From contig OZ024744.1 in NCBI GenBank assembly GCA_964016885.1, positions 90,644,001 through 90,708,000 of the forward strand: a stretch of DNA of 64,000 nucleotides. The letters are read 5' to 3'. The notes beneath the pieces are model-generated. The model was not told the DNA's origin. It saw only the letters and a list, made by a program, of their open reading frames with translations, and searched no databases. Positions 39,241 through 50,522 of this stretch are shown here, one piece after another. The position numbers were made by a program, and so were the translations under genes. Source of the stretch: Eledone cirrhosa. Lineage: Eukaryota. Position 1 is the first letter of the stretch, and the number at the start of each line of letters is the position of its first letter.

Positions 39241-42200
39241 GATTTCATTTATTAACCACAAGGGCCGACATGTAGGGGACAATACAAAGACAGGGACAGT
39301 GGGGGTTTACAATAAGGTCGAGTAAAAGTGCACAATGGCAAGACTAATTTAACAATGAAGATAAACAATATAAAATAAACTATGCATAAATATAACAAAA
39401 TAAATTCCCCCATAGGGGGTGGACGACCCTGGGGTGACTCGGGTACCCCACCAATCCTGAACCATCCTGCGCTTCTAGGGCACCCAGGGAGAGCACCCCT
39501 CTCCTCAAGTTAGCTAGCCTATAAGCGCATGGTCAGAGTAGGCCCATTCACACAGGCCATTCTTGCCACATTCATGCACCTTTTAGCAAATGTACTGGGG
39601 GGGGGGGGGGGGGGCAGCACTTCTCTCTCCACCCTCACCTTCCTTTCCAGGTGAAACTTGAAGAAGTTGATGAGGGATAGGCCGAAGAGAAAAGTGTCTG
39701 TCTTCAGTCCTTTTAATCTGGTCCACCATATAACCTCTTTCGTAACTACCACCAGACAGAGGAAAATTGCCTGCTCTTCCTGACCTAAGGAAGGAGGCGG
39801 GTCGATCTTCACTATGGACTCGGCCGATAGCCCGATTCGTTCCACACGCGACAGTAGCTGTTCGACATAACTCCACAAGTGAGTAATGCACGGACATTGG
39901 ACAAGTGCGTGCAGAATAGTTTCGTCGTTCTGTGCGCATCTTGGACAGGTCCGTCTGACAGCACTTCCGTGCCTGTAGAGTTTATCCCGAATCGGCAGTG
40001 CCCCCCTGAAGGTCTGGTCCGAACCAAACCCCGAGCAACTTTACCGGTCCGTCCGTCCAGCGCCCCACAATGCTGTTGGACGGCATATGCTTCCCTCTCC
40101 AGGTTCCGAGCTGCAATCCCACCGACTTTTCCGGGTTAAGTTTGGCTCCTGTCAACCTTTCATATTCCTTCAATAAGGTGCCGACCACCTCGATTTCTGA
40201 GGTGTCCGACACCATCACGGTGATGTCGTCCGCATAAGCCGACACCGCCTTTCCACGTCCCGGTTCGAGCGGGATGCCCTGCAACAGTTCCAGCTTCCGC
40301 AGTAAGGGATCGAGAGTCAATACGTACAGAAGGGAAGAGAGAGGGCACCCTTGATGGACCGATCGGGAGAGCCGAAATGGTTCCGAGAGGTGGCCATTAA
40401 TTTTGACCACCGAGTGTGAGCCGCTGTGCATTGCAGCGATCCAGGTTCTGAAGACAGGGCCGAAGCCAGCTGCTTTGAGGACAAACTCCAGATACCGATG
40501 GTCGACCCTATCGAATGCTTTTGATTGATCTAAAAAATTGATCAGTGCCCCACCGAAGCCAGGTTTACACCCTACCCTCTCTATGATGTAGCGCATGAGG
40601 TGGAGATTGTCGTGTATGGACCTTGCTGGGATTGCATAAGTTTTCGCCTCCCCAACCAAATCCTCGACGACAAGCGCAAATCTCTTTGCTAACACCTTGG
40701 CCAAAATCTTAAACTCTGTGATGAGCAGAGTTATGGGCCTGAAGTTGTCTAATATATCCCTCTTGTTCTCGTCTTTCCTTATCAGCGTCACCACTCCTCC
40801 GCTCACAGAACTGGGAATACTCCCATTCTGCTGCCAGTTGCAATAGAGTGCTTCGAGGAGATCGGAGAACAAGTCTGGCATATTAATGTAAAGCTCGTAC
40901 GGCAGGCCATCCAAACCGGGAGACTTGCGCCTCATGAAGCCGACAAGGGCGTCCTGAATTTCGGCTGAAGTAATCGGCCTTTTGCAGCGCTCAGCGTCGA
41001 CCGTCGAGATGCGCGGCAAGCCGTCAAGGTAGGGACTGAAATCTGCTACTCTCTCTGACTCGCCATTCTCCCCGAACAACCGAGCAAAGTGCAGGCGAAA
41101 GGCCTCACACATCCGCTTGGAATCGCTTATCTCGTGTCCGTCTCGGTCCGCCAAAGACCCAATTGTGGTTTTATTACCACGCTGTGCCTCCGCCACGCGG
41201 GCCCATCGAACAGCTTTGGTTCCCTCGTTTCTCAGCGCACGCGCCTTAGCTCTGACAATACAACCTTCGTGTTTCGCATTGAAGAAATGGTCTAATACCA
41301 TTCTAGCACGTCAGTTTCAATGCCACTACAAATGGCCTCGTCTAACTTATCTACCAGCTCCCTCTCCTTTCTATTTTTCTCTAACGCTAGTTCTTTGCTG
41401 AACTCTATCGAAGTTACTCTAATCTCTCTTTTCAGAGCCCCCCACCATCTGTTGTTGATGATCCCCCTGTTAACTTTTGCTTAACTAAACTGTTGACTCG
41501 GTCCCCGTAAGCCTTATGTGCCGGAAATGACATGTTCAGCTTCCAGAAACCCAGTTCCAACCTACGCGTTTTATCTAGGTCGACCGTACATATCACAAAT
41601 ATGTGATCTGAATAGGCGACCGTTTTAAAAAGTGGGCAGCCTACAATATTTATATCTATTTTCCTAATGAAGATCCTGTCTATATACGATCTAGATGACC
41701 CCATGCGGTTGGTCCATTTCCATACTGGCCAATTGGGGAAATATAGTCGATACCTGTCAGACAGTTGGAACTGGCTTATTAGGCGCTTGAGGCTTTTGCA
41801 CCTCCCCCCGCTCCTATCAGCTACTCCCACACAATACCAGCGTGCATCTAAGATGCTGTTCCAGTCTCCCGCTAGCAGTAAAGGGTGATGCATACCCAGA
41901 AAAGTTTCCAGGCGCCTAAAGAAGTCCGATCGTCCGGCCCCTGTAGGGGTGTAGACGGCCAGCAGTCTAAAGGCACCACCTTCGCTACTGCTCACATCCA
42001 AGACCACCAACTTACCGTCCGGGTCCCGGAAGATCGACCTTACCTCGAGATCCAGTCCTTTCGTAAACAGCACTGCCACCTCACCTCCCATTCCCGGCTT
42101 GCTAACAGATGCGAAGATCTGATAGTCGTCGAAAATGGGGGCTAGTGCGCGCGTGTCTGAAATTCTGGTCTCGCTGACGGCAATCACATCCATTTCCAGC

Positions 42201-43600
42201 GACCTGAGGTCGTTGAGTAGGCGACCCTGCTCCAGGGTGACCCCAGGCCGCGAACATTTAAACTTGCTACTCTTGATATGGCCATGTTGGCAAGCTAAAG
42301 AGAGAGTGAAGGTTTACTTACCTCCCGGGGTCTTGTGAAGGTCGGGTGGTTCGACCTCCATGGTTGGGTATGTCTGTGTTTGTTGTAGGTGTGGTGTCTG
42401 CAATTTCAGGTATTTGTGTGTTTATTTGTACTTGTGTTTGTTTAGGTTGTTTGTGTTTCGGGGATTGTGGGGGTGGTGTCGATGTTGCTGTTGGTGATGA
42501 TGTTATTGGGGAAGGTTTGCGTTAGTGGTGTCTGTATTTTTTTTATGTATGTTTTTGTGTTTTGTTGGGGCATTTTTTTTTTTTTGGTGAGTTTCCTCTG
42601 TTTTTTTTTTTTTGCACTTTTGGGTTTTCCTTCATCTTCGCTGCTGGAAGACAAAGGTTCTGTGGGTGTGAATGTCTCTGTATCTGTGTGTGCGTTTATT
42701 GTTTTGTCTATGTGTATAATTGGAGGGGTAGGGGAGTGGGAGAGCTTTCCTCGTTTTCCCCTTGGATTGGTTTCGGTGTTGGTGGTGGTCCGGCTGTTTT
42801 TGATGTTGGTGTCCGTGTCTTTGTTGGTGTTGTTTTTGGTGGTGGGGTGCAGCTTTCCGTGCTGACACTGGCGTTGGCAACAAAGGAGGTTTGCGACCCC
42901 CTGCATATTTGCGTTGCGGGCAGAAGGCTTGCAGATGCGTTGCTTCCCCGCAGACGAAGCAGTGCGGCCTTCATCCCTCAGTAACCAGTTGGATTGTTGT
43001 CCCGTCCTGCAGGCGGGCAAAATCCGATATTTTGTTCATGTCCTCTGGTTTCATTTGGAGAAGAATCTCTAAATCCATTCCGGACCAGTCTTCTCTCTCT
43101 GTCCTTTTGATGTCCAGGAGGGTAGTGTCTGTCCCCTCCTCGATTACGCGTCCCAGGAGCCACCATATGTTCATTCCTGGTGGGATCCTGGGAATGCGGA
43201 CCTTTACTGTCCTTTTGCCCATGTAGGACGGATGCATGATAATGCGTTCCGTTCTGCAGGGGGTCACCGAGTGCTTAATAGCAAGGACCTCGGTTTTGAA
43301 CAGTACCGAGATGGTGCAGAACTGTTTGGTCCTTGCTTTATAATCTGTCTCACTTCCGATGCACTCCAAAGCAGCCTCGACCTCTGCTTGGCTGGCAAGT
43401 TCCACTTTGCGTGTCTGCACTGAAATGCATCGAAAGTACACCTTCCTCTTTTGCATGGCCGCTATTGCCCCGTCCGAGATGGTCAGGTTTGCCCAGGACT
43501 TCTCCCGTTTAATTAACCTCCACACCTGGGTAAATGTTCGTCTTTATCGCTAATATCAATATTCAATAAGCGCTTTGTTTTTGCTGCTGCTGCAGCAAAT
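39241..43600 (-). mobile_element. Tx1/L1-clade LINE: ORF1 (CCHC knuckle) plus ORF2 (APE, RT), disrupted, with an internal deletion near 40005
   Basis: ORF1 CFVCGEATHLQAFC. ORF2 ATG at 42285: ASLNVRGL, AGDWN, SYIDRI, SDH, SPGLDGL, NFRPITLL, DQSKAFDRVDH, QGCPLS, AYADD. AATAAA near the 3' end. Confidence 0.92.
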
Positions 43601-44690
43601 GTGGTGCCTCTGTTGCTATTGTTGTTGGATCGAATGTGGTTTTTAGCCCAGCCAATGATCTAAAACGTCTTGCACAGAGTTGGCAACCAAAACATTCACT
43701 GGGAATAGCCGGCTGTGGTTGGAGTTCATGTACGTTTGCATGTCGTTTGAGCCCTTTTACTGATTTACATTCTCTACCACATGTTTGACAAGTATGATGA
43801 GTAGCATCTCCAACAGCAACTTGGTAGTCAACCACAGGTCTCACTTTATGACTGCGGAGATGACTTTGCATGTCAGCGTTTTGAACAGTACCGAGATGGT
43901 ACCGAACTGTTTGGTCCTTGCTTTATAATCTGTCTCACTTCCGATGCACTCCAAAGCAGCCTCGACCTCTGTTTGGCTGGCAAGTTCCACTTTGCGTGTC
44001 TGCACTGAAATGCATCGAAAGTACACGTTCCTCTTTTGCATGGCCGCTATTGCCCCGTCCGGGATGGTCAGGTTTGTCCAGGACTTCTCCCGTTTAATTA
44101 ACCTCCACACCTGGGCCAACTGTTCGTCTTTATCGCTAATATCAATATTCAATAAGCGCTTTGTTTTTGCTGCTGCTGCAGCAAATGTGGTGCCTCTGTT
44201 GCTCTTGTTGTTGGATCGAATGTGGCTTTTTAGCCCAGCCAATGATCTAAAACGTCTTGCACAGAGTTGGCAACCAAAACATTCACTGGGAATAGCCGGC
44301 TGTGGTTGGAGTTCATGTACGTTTGCATGTCGTTTGAGCCCTTTTACTGATTTACATTCTCTACCACATGTTTGACAAGTATGATGAGTAGCATCTCCAA
44401 CAGCAACTTGGTAGTCAACCACAGGTCTCACTTTATGACTGCGGAGATGACTTTGCATGTCAGCGTTGCATGTCAGCCATAGGAGCACCTTCGCCGTCTG
44501 GAAATGCAACAGCAATGCCCTTCCTCACATCCCGCTTTACTTTCTCCTATGCGATTCGAGATGCCTCAAAGGCAACTTTCCCCTCATATACAGTCTTTCT
44601 CCATTTATTACGATCAGCAGCAACATTTTCCCATATATCAGCTCCACAAACGTTATCAGCTCCACCACAACCACGTGGAATACGATATAT
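43600..44690 (-). mobile_element. RTE-like 3' end with two C2H2 fingers joined to the Tx1 ORF1 start; ~590-bp tandem duplication
   Basis: WENVAADRNKWRKTVYEG..FE, CQTCGRECKSVKGLKRHANVH, CQLCARRFRSLAGLKSH; 43295-43878 is repeated at 43879-44467. Confidence 0.75.
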
Positions 44691-44707
44691 GTAATATATA
44701 TATGCAT

Positions 44708-44740
<33 letters not shown>

Positions 44741-44799
44741 ATGTAGTAAAAACCGATAATGTTTTTCAAAAGCCGGTGTAATACGGTAGAAAATGCGAT

Positions 44800-45033
44800 G
44801 GGTAAATGTTGTGACAGCTCACACCTATGCAGGTTTAGCTGGCCTCCTCCAAGGTATATCTCGTTGGAGGTGTCTTAGGTGATTTAATGATAGGGACCCC
44901 AGTCATTTCTACAGCTGAGTAAACTGGAGCAACGTGAAATAAAGTTCTCTTGCTCAAGGAAACAATATATCACCTGGTCTGAGAATTGAACCTTTCGATT
45001 GCAAATCAAATGCTCTAACCACTAAGACATGCG
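44800..45033 (-). mobile_element. tRNA-headed CORE-type SINE
   Basis: Minus strand TTAGTGGTTAGAGC (A-box), GGTTCAATTCT (B-box), CCTTGAGCAAG..CAGTTTACTCAGCTGTAGAAATG. Confidence 0.78.
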
Positions 45034-45506
45034 CAAATGATGAGAAATAAAACAATACAAAATAATGTAATGGTTTACCCAATGTATATTCTAGCATGAT
45101 ATTTTCTTCTCTAACTAGTTCATGTGTGCTTGCAAAACGCATGCGTGGCTTCGCTACAGTAACCATTCTGCCTCATGCATTTCCGATCTATTATTTTTCC
45201 CTGGGTTTATTCAGCTGATGAAAATGGCCTTTTTAATCCTTAAATTGCCAATATTCCTTTCAGTCGCCTCTAAGATGACCTCGATTTTTACAAAATTATT
45301 TTGTATAAGAGAATTTGAAAATTGAAAAGATAATACCGTAAATTTCTCCACTCATTTACTTATGATAGGTGACAGATAGGCTTGATGTGCTTAAGGTCGA
45401 TAATTTGTTAGTGTAAATTAATAGTGCTATAATCTCCCACCTATTCACTGCTGATGCTTTGAATCAACAACGGTAGGTTATCAATATCATTATGTATTTA
45501 AAAGAG

Positions 45507-45895
45507 GGTGGCTGGATTGGCAGTATCGGTAGAGGGTCGGACGCCATGCTTTCCAGCATAGTTACGTCCCTTTACGATCTGAGTTCAAATCCCGCCGAGG
45601 TTGACTTTGCCTTTCATCCTTACGGGGTCGATAAAATAAAGTACCAGTAATGTACTGGGTAATTTCTGGCCTTGTGCCAATAGTAGAAACAATTATGTAT
45701 TTAAAAGAGGGTGGTGGATTGGCAGTATTGGTAGAGGGTCGGACGCCATGCTTTCCAGCATAGTTACGTCCCTTTACGATCTGAGTTCAAATTCCGCCGA
45801 GGCTGACTTTGCCTTTCATACTTACGGGGTCAATAAAATAAAGTACCAGTAATGCACTAGGTAATTGCTGGCCTTGTGCCTAAAGTAGAAACAAT
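45507..45895 (+). mobile_element. two tandem tRNA-derived SINEs (Meta/MESC-like core)
   Basis: TGGCAGTATCGGTAGAG A-box, GAGTTCAAATCCC B-box, ~200-bp period. Confidence 0.85.
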
Positions 45896-45989
45896 TATGT
45901 ATTTAAAAGTAGTAACAAATAGAACAAAATAAACGGCTCAGTAGATGGAGGAAATATATTAGTTTAACGCTTGAAATAGCAGGAGGTGA

Positions 45990-46027
45990 GTCTTAACGTT
46001 TCGGACACTAGTCTTTCACCAGAAGAT
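45990..46027 (-). ncRNA. degenerate minimal hammerhead motif (CUGGUGA core)
   Basis: TCTT-CTGGTGA-aaGACtagtGTCc-GAAAC-GTT-AAGA. Confidence 0.45.
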
Positions 46028-46306
46028 AGAGTTAGAAATAGAAGATAAATAGAAAGTAAAGAGTGATAAGAGGAATGAACGGGAGAAATGAGAAAACAAT
46101 ATGTGCAGATAAAAAACACACATGTGTATTCAGTCGAACATCTTGGAAAATGGCTGGGGAATGGTAACCAACGTAAAAGAGGTATACAAATGGAGCAGGC
46201 TTAATAGTTGCAGTAACGTTAGGCTGAATTGGCTCCAACATTAGTTGACCTTCAGTTGATTACCTTTGTTGATACTGTTCCCGACTAATGAATTATTCCC
46301 TTGAAG

Positions 46307-46930
46307 CAGTGATTCCCAAACTTTTTTTTCCTCTGGGCCTCATTTTCGGAATGAAAATTTGCTCGCGCCTCACCTAATTTTATGTGATTATAAGTACATT
46401 TAAAGATAAAAGAAAAGTACAACGACTAATAGTACGTTAAATATAATATATAAAATAAATAACTTATAATATGATTAAAGTACACAAATTTACTGAAAGG
46501 TACAAGCTTGTTTTTACGAGTAATCTCCCTTTATATTAGGTCTAATTTGAGATAAACAAACACTCATCTCATCAACATAAAGAAGTCTTTCCCTTTTTTT
46601 TGGCCTTTGATATTTTTCAGAACTCAAAATCCTTGTTTGTAGCAATATGTCATGGAGAACTGTAGAAGAATGGTTAATGTCTTTGAAGTGACATATGGAT
46701 ATTGTTTCTGGTTGTATATCCCCAAAGAGTCCAGTGATACACTCTTGTGTTTCATTTTTAAGGTGCGATCACTCGAAATGTTTGCCAGTTCTTCCTCCTC
46801 ATCTAATTTCAGGTTTAAACAGCTTGAATTTACAAAATGATCTCTAATCGCGGATTCAAAGTCAGAACATTATCATTGATAATTCCCTCCTCCAATTTCT
46901 GGACACTTGTTACTGTATTCTTAATATTTG
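46307..46930 (-). mobile_element. hAT (Charlie/Buster-like) 3' end: terminus plus transposase dimerisation-domain remnant
   Basis: Terminus CAGTGATTCCCAAACTTTTT; minus frame EEELANISSDRTLK..YP..ILLQFSMTYCYKQGF*..KKRERL..CLSQIRPNI. Confidence 0.8.
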
Positions 46931-47154
46931 ATTTAATGCAAAAATATCACAATGATAAAATCTGTCAATAATTATTTTTCACTATTTATACTGGGACCTC
47001 ATTCATACAATTACAAGTAATCCATAATAATATTTTTAATTTTGAAATCATATTTATTTTTGGCATATGAATTTTTTGAAACTGTTTCTAAATGACTATC
47101 TTTTAATATAAAAAACAACTTTTAATATAAAAAGTAATTTTTATCTACAGTAAT

Positions 47155-47360
47155 AATAGTTTCTTACATAGGCCAACAATTTTCGGGGTGGAGAAGAAAG
47201 TCGATTAAATCTACCGCAGTACGTTACTGGTGCTTTATTTTATCCACCTCGTAAGGATGGAAGATAAAGTTAATCCAGGTGGGATTTGAACTCAGATCGT
47301 AAAGGGTCGTAACTCTGTACTGCAAAGCATGGCGTCTGACGCTCTACCGATACTGCCAAT
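47155..47360 (-). mobile_element. diverged tRNA-derived SINE (same family as 45507)
   Basis: GGGATTTGAACTCAGATCGTAAAGGG..CTCTACCGATACTGCCAAT. Confidence 0.75.
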
Positions 47361-47539
47361 AATAATAATAATCACAACAATAATTAAAAAAAAGGAAACA
47401 AAAGAAAAAAAAGAATAGGAAAATATAGAGAAAAAAGTGATAAAGAGAGAAAAAAAAAGAAGGGGAAGGGATGGCAAGAATTCTAGTGTCGCAGAAGAGG
47501 AGGAGGGGGGTCTCTGGGCCTAGGGCATGGGGGCATGAG

Positions 47540-47770
47540 GGCTGTGCCCCGCGGACAAGACCGCAAAAGCATTCCTGCAGACAATGGTCAGTGACACCCG
47601 CTGCAACAGCCACCCAACCTCGCAGGGCTCCTTCCTCAGACGGGCCGACGACATTCCGATCTTGCGGCGGATCTTAACTGTAGGGAGCCCATTTACGCCT
47701 GAGGTCTCCACGGCGACCTGTGCTCACCTGCTATCCCCTTCCGCCTCACCTATGAGGGGCGCCTCGCCGT
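47540..47770 (-). mobile_element. CRE-clade non-LTR 3' fragment (RLE C-terminus)
   Basis: [35 protein letters not shown] resembles the CRE-type ETxG..WLxQRLSLAxxRGNA motif. Confidence 0.65.
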
Positions 47771-47851
47771 TTGGGAACCACAGTCTTAAAGCCTTGAAAT
47801 GTTAATCATATTGTTGAATACCAGTTTTATGTTGTCAAGTGAACAGTTTAG

Positions 47852-47852
<1 letters not shown>

Positions 47853-47921
<69 letters not shown>
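47853..47921. repeat. (GT)n microsatellite
   Basis: Seen directly. Confidence 0.97.
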
Positions 47922-47923
<2 letters not shown>

Positions 47924-48389
47924 ATTACTAACCCTTTCGTCTGTTTGCTGCCACCCTAAAAAAAGCTAAAGACTCCCTTCGGTCAGGAATGACCATAGGA
48001 TTTACACCAAAAAAGTTTCCCTATTACAAAAAGATTATTTACAAGAAACAAAATAACAATAAGATTTATTAATGTAATTTAGATTTGATATATTACAAAA
48101 AAATAATGTTTTCCAATTTTTCATGCATTGCATTTTACATTGAGTAACATTGAAATGCAGAGTTTTCGCTAGAAATTATATCACTGATTTAAAATCAATC
48201 AACATTTTCTCACCAAAAATATGTGTAAACCGCAGCATGGCGCGGAAAATTCGGCTAGTATTATATATGATATTTAATTTACACAAACACACATACATTG
48301 ACATAATCATAACACCCAATGTGTGTAGCCAATTCGCTATACATACACACTTAGGTGTAGTAAATGTTAGCCGCTACATTCTGTAGTTT

Positions 48390-48908
48390 GTCATCACCCC
48401 TTTCTTCCTCTGTCGACATAAGCACCCCTTCCTTCCTCAGTCGACGAAATCACCCTTCCTTCCTCAGTCGACGTAATCACCCCTCCTTCCTTCCTCAGTC
48501 AACGAAAGCACCCCTCCTTCCTTCCTCAGTCAACGATATCACTCTTCCTCTCTCAGTCGACATAATCACCCCCTCCTTCCTCAGTCGACATAATCCCCCC
48601 TTCCTTCCTCAGTAATCTTTGTGTTACAGACAAATACACATATATGGACCTTGCTGGGATTGCACAAGTTTGCGCCTCCCAACCAAATCCTCGACGACAA
48701 GCGTCAATCTCTTGGCCAAAATCTTAATCACCCCTTCCTTCCTCAGTCGTCGTAATCACCCCTTCCTTCCTCAGCCAACGAAATCACCTATTCCTTCCTT
48801 AGTCGACGTAATCACCCCCTCCTTCCTCAGTCGACATAATCACCCCTTCCTTCTTCAGTCATCTTTACTGTGTTACAGACAAATACACAAGGCTATTATA
48901 TTAGTTGA
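48390..48908 (-). mobile_element. probable non-autonomous Helitron-like element with a ~30-bp minisatellite
   Basis: Minus-strand A|TCAACTAATATAATAG terminus at 48908; CCCCTTCCTTCCTCAGTCGACGTAATCA repeats. A separate hairpin plus CTAG|T end lies at 48230-48259 (+). Confidence 0.45.
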
Positions 48909-49203
48909 TTTGCAAGAAAACAAAATTGATATTGGATATTTGTAGCATAAAATTAAACTACTACCTTTCTTGCTACGACGGCCGACAGATACTTACAAGG
49001 GACACAACTCCATAGTTAATAGTCTAGGGGAATTAACTCAGTTTACTTTCTTGAAAGTCGCTGTTTGTTATACTTTGCTTATGTATACTTTTGACTACTA
49101 AATACAGAGACCTAACATATCGCTTTATTTCCATACCAGTTGTTATTGAGACCTTGTCTGTACTCGGTCCCTAAACAACCATTTTCCTCTGCAATAATCC
49201 CAC

Positions 49204-49286
49204 CTGAGGAAACAGCCCCGTGAGATAGTGTGTTTGATGCAGCGAGTGTCATTGTTAGCTGTTTTCTGCAGCAATGCTTCCGCCAT
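49204..49286 (-). other. candidate first coding exon of an unidentified gene (MAEALLQKTANNDTRCIKHTISRGCFL..)
   Basis: AAAATGGCGG start context, open frame, AG|GTGGGA donor, in non-repetitive sequence. No downstream exon identified. Confidence 0.3.
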
Positions 49287-49367
49287 TTTGTCCACGGGTG
49301 TATAGCTGAGATATACCATCTAGACTGCGGTGTAGAGGCTGTCACTCTTCCTCTCGCTATTTTTTGC

Positions 49368-49401
<34 letters not shown>

Positions 49402-49909
49402 CCTCCCATTGTTTGCTTTTCTCTTTTTTACCTCCCATTGTTTTGTATTTTCATTTCTTTGAATAAAATTTTAATTTTTACTTAAACAATTTCGGTTACT
49501 TTTTTATTTTACTTTATATACTTGACATCGGTAATGATAGTACAGGGTCATTCCATGTCAAATCCCCCAGGGGGGGGGGGGGTGACATGGAATCTACGCA
49601 ATAGTCATAAAGCCTGGATATAAAACAGTGATTTATTCAATATAGTATAAATAAACATATTTTAGATTAATGGGTATTTGGTTCAACAAAGGGCAAACTA
49701 CTACATGTATATCGATAACCACGTTTTACATGATAGTGTACAGAGTCATACATAAGACGCGAAAGTTAAACAGCTAGAATTCACAAAAAGTCAAATTTAT
49801 TTTAATCTGAAATAGAATACTATATTGCCCTTCATTGAATTATTCATTACAGAACCTATTGATTTATTGATGACAAACAAGGCATATTTCCGCTTTCCAT
49901 CGTCTTTTT

Positions 49910-49956
<47 letters not shown>

Positions 49957-50015
49957 GCGCTTTGTAATACCAAAACAAATGTACGCCAATTTTCATGACA
50001 GTTCTTATTTTTCAG

Positions 50016-50096
50016 GAATGATCATTTGTGTTCCAAAAGAGTTTAGAATGCTCTTAAAAGATATAGTAACACAATATTGTAAGAACAAAGTATCAG
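50016..50096 (+). other. candidate 81-nt exon
   Basis: TTCTTATTTTTCAG|G acceptor, CAG|GTAAGT donor, open phase-1/1 frame GMIICVPKEFRMLLKDIVTQYCKNKVS. Confidence 0.4.
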
Positions 50097-50371
50097 GTAA
50101 GTTATTCGTCTAATTTTCACTCATTTCTCATTTAATATACAATTTAGCTTTTAAAAGAGATGCCAAGGAGAAGAAAGTTCCGACAGTCCACAAACTCTTC
50201 AGACTCTGCCGAGTTTATTTGTGCATGCTCCAAACTAGATTACAAAAATATGTTTACCTAGAAGTTCTGAATTTCCTTCCAAATATGTGATATATCAATT
50301 TTATGAGAGATAAATTCTATTTTTTTAATTATTGCTGTTTTATAATTTTAGAATAGTCCAATTCTCTAGGC

Positions 50372-50418
<47 letters not shown>

Positions 50419-50522
50419 TATAATATATATATATCTCTCTGGAGAAGGTTGAAAGTTATCTAGTAATTAACAGTTCAATTCTTGACTAGGTTTTGTGTTG
50501 TGTTCATGAGTAAAGCACTTCA

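Noticed and set aside
42971-42973. Programmed readthrough or Sec at the TGA before the ORF1 zinc knuckle, and at the RTE TAG at 18571
   Set aside because: Point mutations (CGA>TGA, GAG>TAG) are a simpler explanation in elements that are otherwise disrupted or truncated.
45507-45600. tRNA genes at A/B-box motifs
   Set aside because: They continue into SINE cores and occur as dispersed copies; no full cloverleaf was seen.
48390-48860. CRISPR-like array (also 35172-35410 and 50995-51115)
   Set aside because: These are contiguous degenerate minisatellites without unique spacers or cas genes, in a eukaryotic context.
49911-49954. 44-nt poly-A as a retrocopy tail
   Set aside because: No upstream ORF, adjacent poly-A signal or TSD was identified.
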